DNA of 64,000 bases, from the NCBI GenBank assembly GCA_902800055.1, contig CADCCW010000005.1, positions 27,217 to 91,216 on the forward strand. Direction: 5' to 3'. This DNA comes from an uncultured bacterium. Lineage in GTDB: Bacteria; Verrucomicrobiota; Kiritimatiellia; RFP12; UBA1067. A program made the translations under genes and the position numbers. Shown piece after piece: positions 62,078-64,000 of this stretch. The stretch's first letter is position 1, and each line of letters opens with the position of its first letter. Under the pieces are notes generated by a model, which had not been told where the DNA came from, made no database searches, and saw only the letters and a program-made list of their open reading frames with translations.

Positions 62078-63244
62078 TCAGCTCCGCACGGGACGATGAC
62101 CGGAGGAAAGTGCCGCGCGCCAAAGGGACATGGTGGTTCCGTAGCGCTGGCGGAAGGTGCGCTTCAGGTGGGCGGGCGACTTCCAGCCGCACAGGTTCGC
62201 CACCGGCTCGATCTGCTGGTGGCGGTTCCTGAGCAGCCGCTCCACCTCCTCGAAGCGCACGTCGAGCAGCGCATCGTGGATGGTGCGGCCGAACTCCCGC
62301 AGGAACGTCTTTTCGCAGGTCCTGCGGGAGACGTCCTCCGCGGCGCAGATCGCGGCGACACCGTCCCCGGTCAGCGCGCGGGCGCGAATCCGCTCGAGAA
62401 TCCGCCGCGTCCGCGGCGAGAGTCCCTTGCGCGCCACGCGCGAGCTTTCCCGGCGCTGGAGTCCGCGCGGCGCGGCGAACGCGACCGCAGGTGCGCGGTC
62501 GCCGTCCATCACCCTGCCGAGCATTTCCGCCGCGGCGTAGCCGGCGGCGTGGAAGTCCTGCTCCACGCTGGAAAGCGTCGGCGAGATGTTCTCGCAGCGG
62601 AATGCGTCGTTGTCGACCGAAACGAGCAGGTAGTCCTCTCCGCAGACCAGCCCCTCGCCGTCGGCGCGGTGCACGAATCCGGCGGCGGTCCGGTCGTTGA
62701 CGGCGAAAACGCCCACCGGCCTGGACATGGCGGCGAAGGCGCTGCGCAGCCTGCCGCCGCGCCCGCCAGCCGCGCCTCCGTCCTCGGCGAGCGTCACCGT
62801 CTTCGCCCTCAGGCCGTCCGCCGCCGCATGGCGCAGGAAGTGCATCCGGCGACTGCGCGACCATTCCGCGTCCGGAAACATGGTCACGAAGACAAAATCC
62901 CCGCAACCGCCCCGGCGCAGCTCGTCGAACGCGATACGGGCGATGGCGTCCGGGTCGCTCGCCACCCGCCATTTCATGAACGGCAGCACCTTGCCCGGAT
63001 CGAGCCACACCGTCGGACAGGCGCCAAATGCCGCGCGCAACCTCCCCGCTTCGTAGAGCGGCCCTTCGTGGATGATTCCGTCGGGATGGTAGGGCGCGAT
63101 CGCCGCGTTAAGTCCGCGCCCGAGGCTGGCCGTCTCGACGATGCTGCACCGCCAGCCCATCCCCTTGGCGTAGGAGTAGACCCCGGCGAACTTCTCCACC
63201 GCGTGCGGAAGCGCGGCGTGGGTGACTATGAGCGTGTTCCTCAC
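62078..63244 (-). CDS. XylR-type regulator (LacI-like sensor domain + AraC HTH)
   Basis: GVYSYAKGMGW, PVGVFAVNDRTA, LVSVDND...CE...PTLSSV, VSRRTCEKTF...FGRT...VRFEEVERLL, CGWKSPAHLKRTFRQRYG. Confidence 0.9.
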   Translation of the reverse strand: MRNTLIVTHAALPHAVEKFAGVYSYAKGMGWRCSIVETASLGRGLNAAIAPYHPDGIIHEGPLYEAGRLRAAFGACPTVWLDPGKVLPFMKWRVASDPDAIARIAFDELRRGGCGDFVFVTMFPDAEWSRSRRMHFLRHAAADGLRAKTVTLAEDGGAAGGRGGRLRSAFAAMSRPVGVFAVNDRTAAGFVHRADGEGLVCGEDYLLVSVDNDAFRCENISPTLSSVEQDFHAAGYAAAEMLGRVMDGDRAPAVAFAAPRGLQRRESSRVARKGLSPRTRRILERIRARALTGDGVAAICAAEDVSRRTCEKTFLREFGRTIHDALLDVRFEEVERLLRNRHQQIEPVANLCGWKSPAHLKRTFRQRYGTTMSLWRAALSSGHRPVRS

Positions 63245-63253
63245 TGCGCGTGT

Positions 63254-63262
63254 AGTATATCA
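63254..63262 (-). promoter_or_regulatory. Extended -10 variant TGATATACT (XylR-type regulator)
   Basis: 9 nt upstream of the GTG start. Confidence 0.5.
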
Positions 63263-63271
63263 CGGATGGTT

Positions 63272-63306
63272 CGCAAAACGCAACAGCAAATGTTGCGCAT
63301 TTTACG
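63272..63306. promoter_or_regulatory. Inverted repeat, candidate operator
   Basis: CGCAACA-gcaaa-TGTTGCG perfect core with flanking AAAA/TTTT arms, between the divergent promoters. Confidence 0.55.
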
Positions 63307-63326
63307 ATATGCCGCATGGCCGGTAT

Positions 63327-63335
63327 TGGTAGAAT
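63327..63335 (+). promoter_or_regulatory. Extended -10 variant TGGTAGAAT
   Basis: 53 nt upstream of ATG 63389; SD AAGGAG at about 63378-63383. Confidence 0.55.
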
Positions 63336-63388
63336 ACGCATTATACAACATGGACGAACAGTCGCCCTGAACCCTAAAAGGAGTTCTC

Positions 63389-64000
63389 ATGAAGATCAGA
63401 TCCATCGCGATTGCCTTTGCCGCGCTCTGCGCGGCGTCGGTTCCGGCCGCCGTGTTCGCCTACACGCTGCCCGCCGGCTACACCGAGCTCGAGTACATCC
63501 AGTCCGCCGGCGGCAGCGTCAACTCCGCCTACGCCGACACGCTCTACACGCCGACTTCGGACAGCGTCGGCTTCTACTTCGATTTCACCTATCGCGGCCA
63601 GGTGGGGACGAGCGGCACGCGCATTATGGGCAGCTCGTACCGCAACGGCAACAACGACTGCGGGCTTTTTCTCGGCGGTTGGAGCAACACGAGCCGGCAA
63701 GGACAGTTTGTCTTCGGTTCCAGCGGCACGGGCACAGGTTCGCTCGGGCTTGTGTACGACCCCGGGCTTGTCTCCGGGTCGAGGATGCAGATCGAGGTGA
63801 AGAACCGCCATTTCAGCTCTTCGCAAGGGAGCGACTTTGACTTGACCAAGCCGACCGTGTTCCAGGCCAACGGCAACATCTACGTCGGCAATGTCAACAT
63901 GCCGACTATGAGCAGCGGCTCCTCGCTTTGCATCTACCGGTTCAAGATCTACGACGGGGACAGCGTCGTCTCCGACTTTGTTCCCGTCCAGAATCCAAAC
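63389..64000 (+). CDS. Secreted protein, beta-rich (LamG/lectin-like) N-terminal domain; runs off the right edge
   Basis: Manual translation (absent from the ORF track): MKIRSIAIAFAALCAASVPAAVFA signal, YTLPAGYTELEYIQS...IYRFKIYDGDSVVSDFVPV; open for 204 codons. Confidence 0.8.
   Translation, partial: MKIRSIAIAFAALCAASVPAAVFAYTLPAGYTELEYIQSAGGSVNSAYADTLYTPTSDSVGFYFDFTYRGQVGTSGTRIMGSSYRNGNNDCGLFLGGWSNTSRQGQFVFGSSGTGTGSLGLVYDPGLVSGSRMQIEVKNRHFSSSQGSDFDLTKPTVFQANGNIYVGNVNMPTMSSGSSLCIYRFKIYDGDSVVSDFVPVQNPN

Noticed and set aside
14316-63370. Long alternative-frame and antisense ORFs (e.g. 14316-16601 +, 18867-20834 +, 44073-46055 +, 53871-55886 +, 57582-59846 +, 61607-63370 +)
   Set aside because: They overlap well-supported genes, have Arg/Ala/Pro/Gly-rich composition and carry no motifs. 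They are shadow ORFs expected in about 70% GC DNA.

Overview
A GC-rich (about 70% in sampled lines) chromosomal segment from a diderm bacterium (waaA, Tol/Exb genes, Prc). A PVC-superphylum host, probably Kiritimatiellae-like, is inferred from gene content and is not proven. There are about 58 CDS. All lie on the minus strand except aspS, gdhA and a secreted-protein gene cut by the right edge. Most are housekeeping: aspS, glyQS, gatC, trmB, tsaD, tcdA, dxs, dapF, proC, argBD, cysK/cysE, accAD, acpP, cdsA, purA, apt, nadD, aconitase and gdhA. There is also a uronate catabolic block (GH88-kduD-kduI plus an orphan PTS-IIC-type permease) and a GldA/GldFG/DUF4340-type ABC cluster. I found no rRNA, tRNA, CRISPR array, integrase or transposase. 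Most notable: (1) a low-GC three-gene island at about 27.0-31.6 kb encoding a membrane-anchored coiled-coil protein, a PDZ-less trypsin-like protease and a double zinc-finger membrane protein; (2) next to it, an orphan consensus promoter firing into about 400 nt of highly structured non-coding DNA (candidate ncRNA or leader); (3) an ECF sigma factor fused to a TM helix and a prenyltransferase-repeat-like domain; (4) a NadD fused to a ferredoxin:thioredoxin-reductase-like CPC/CPC/CHC domain; (5) (TTCCCCR)n heptamer microsatellites inserted in-frame in two unrelated enzymes; (6) nine exact TGGTATAAT extended -10 promoters, four positioned for leaderless translation; (7) a sigma54-type promoter with tandem upstream repeats before gdhA. 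All product calls come from recognising motifs by eye; no database searches were run.
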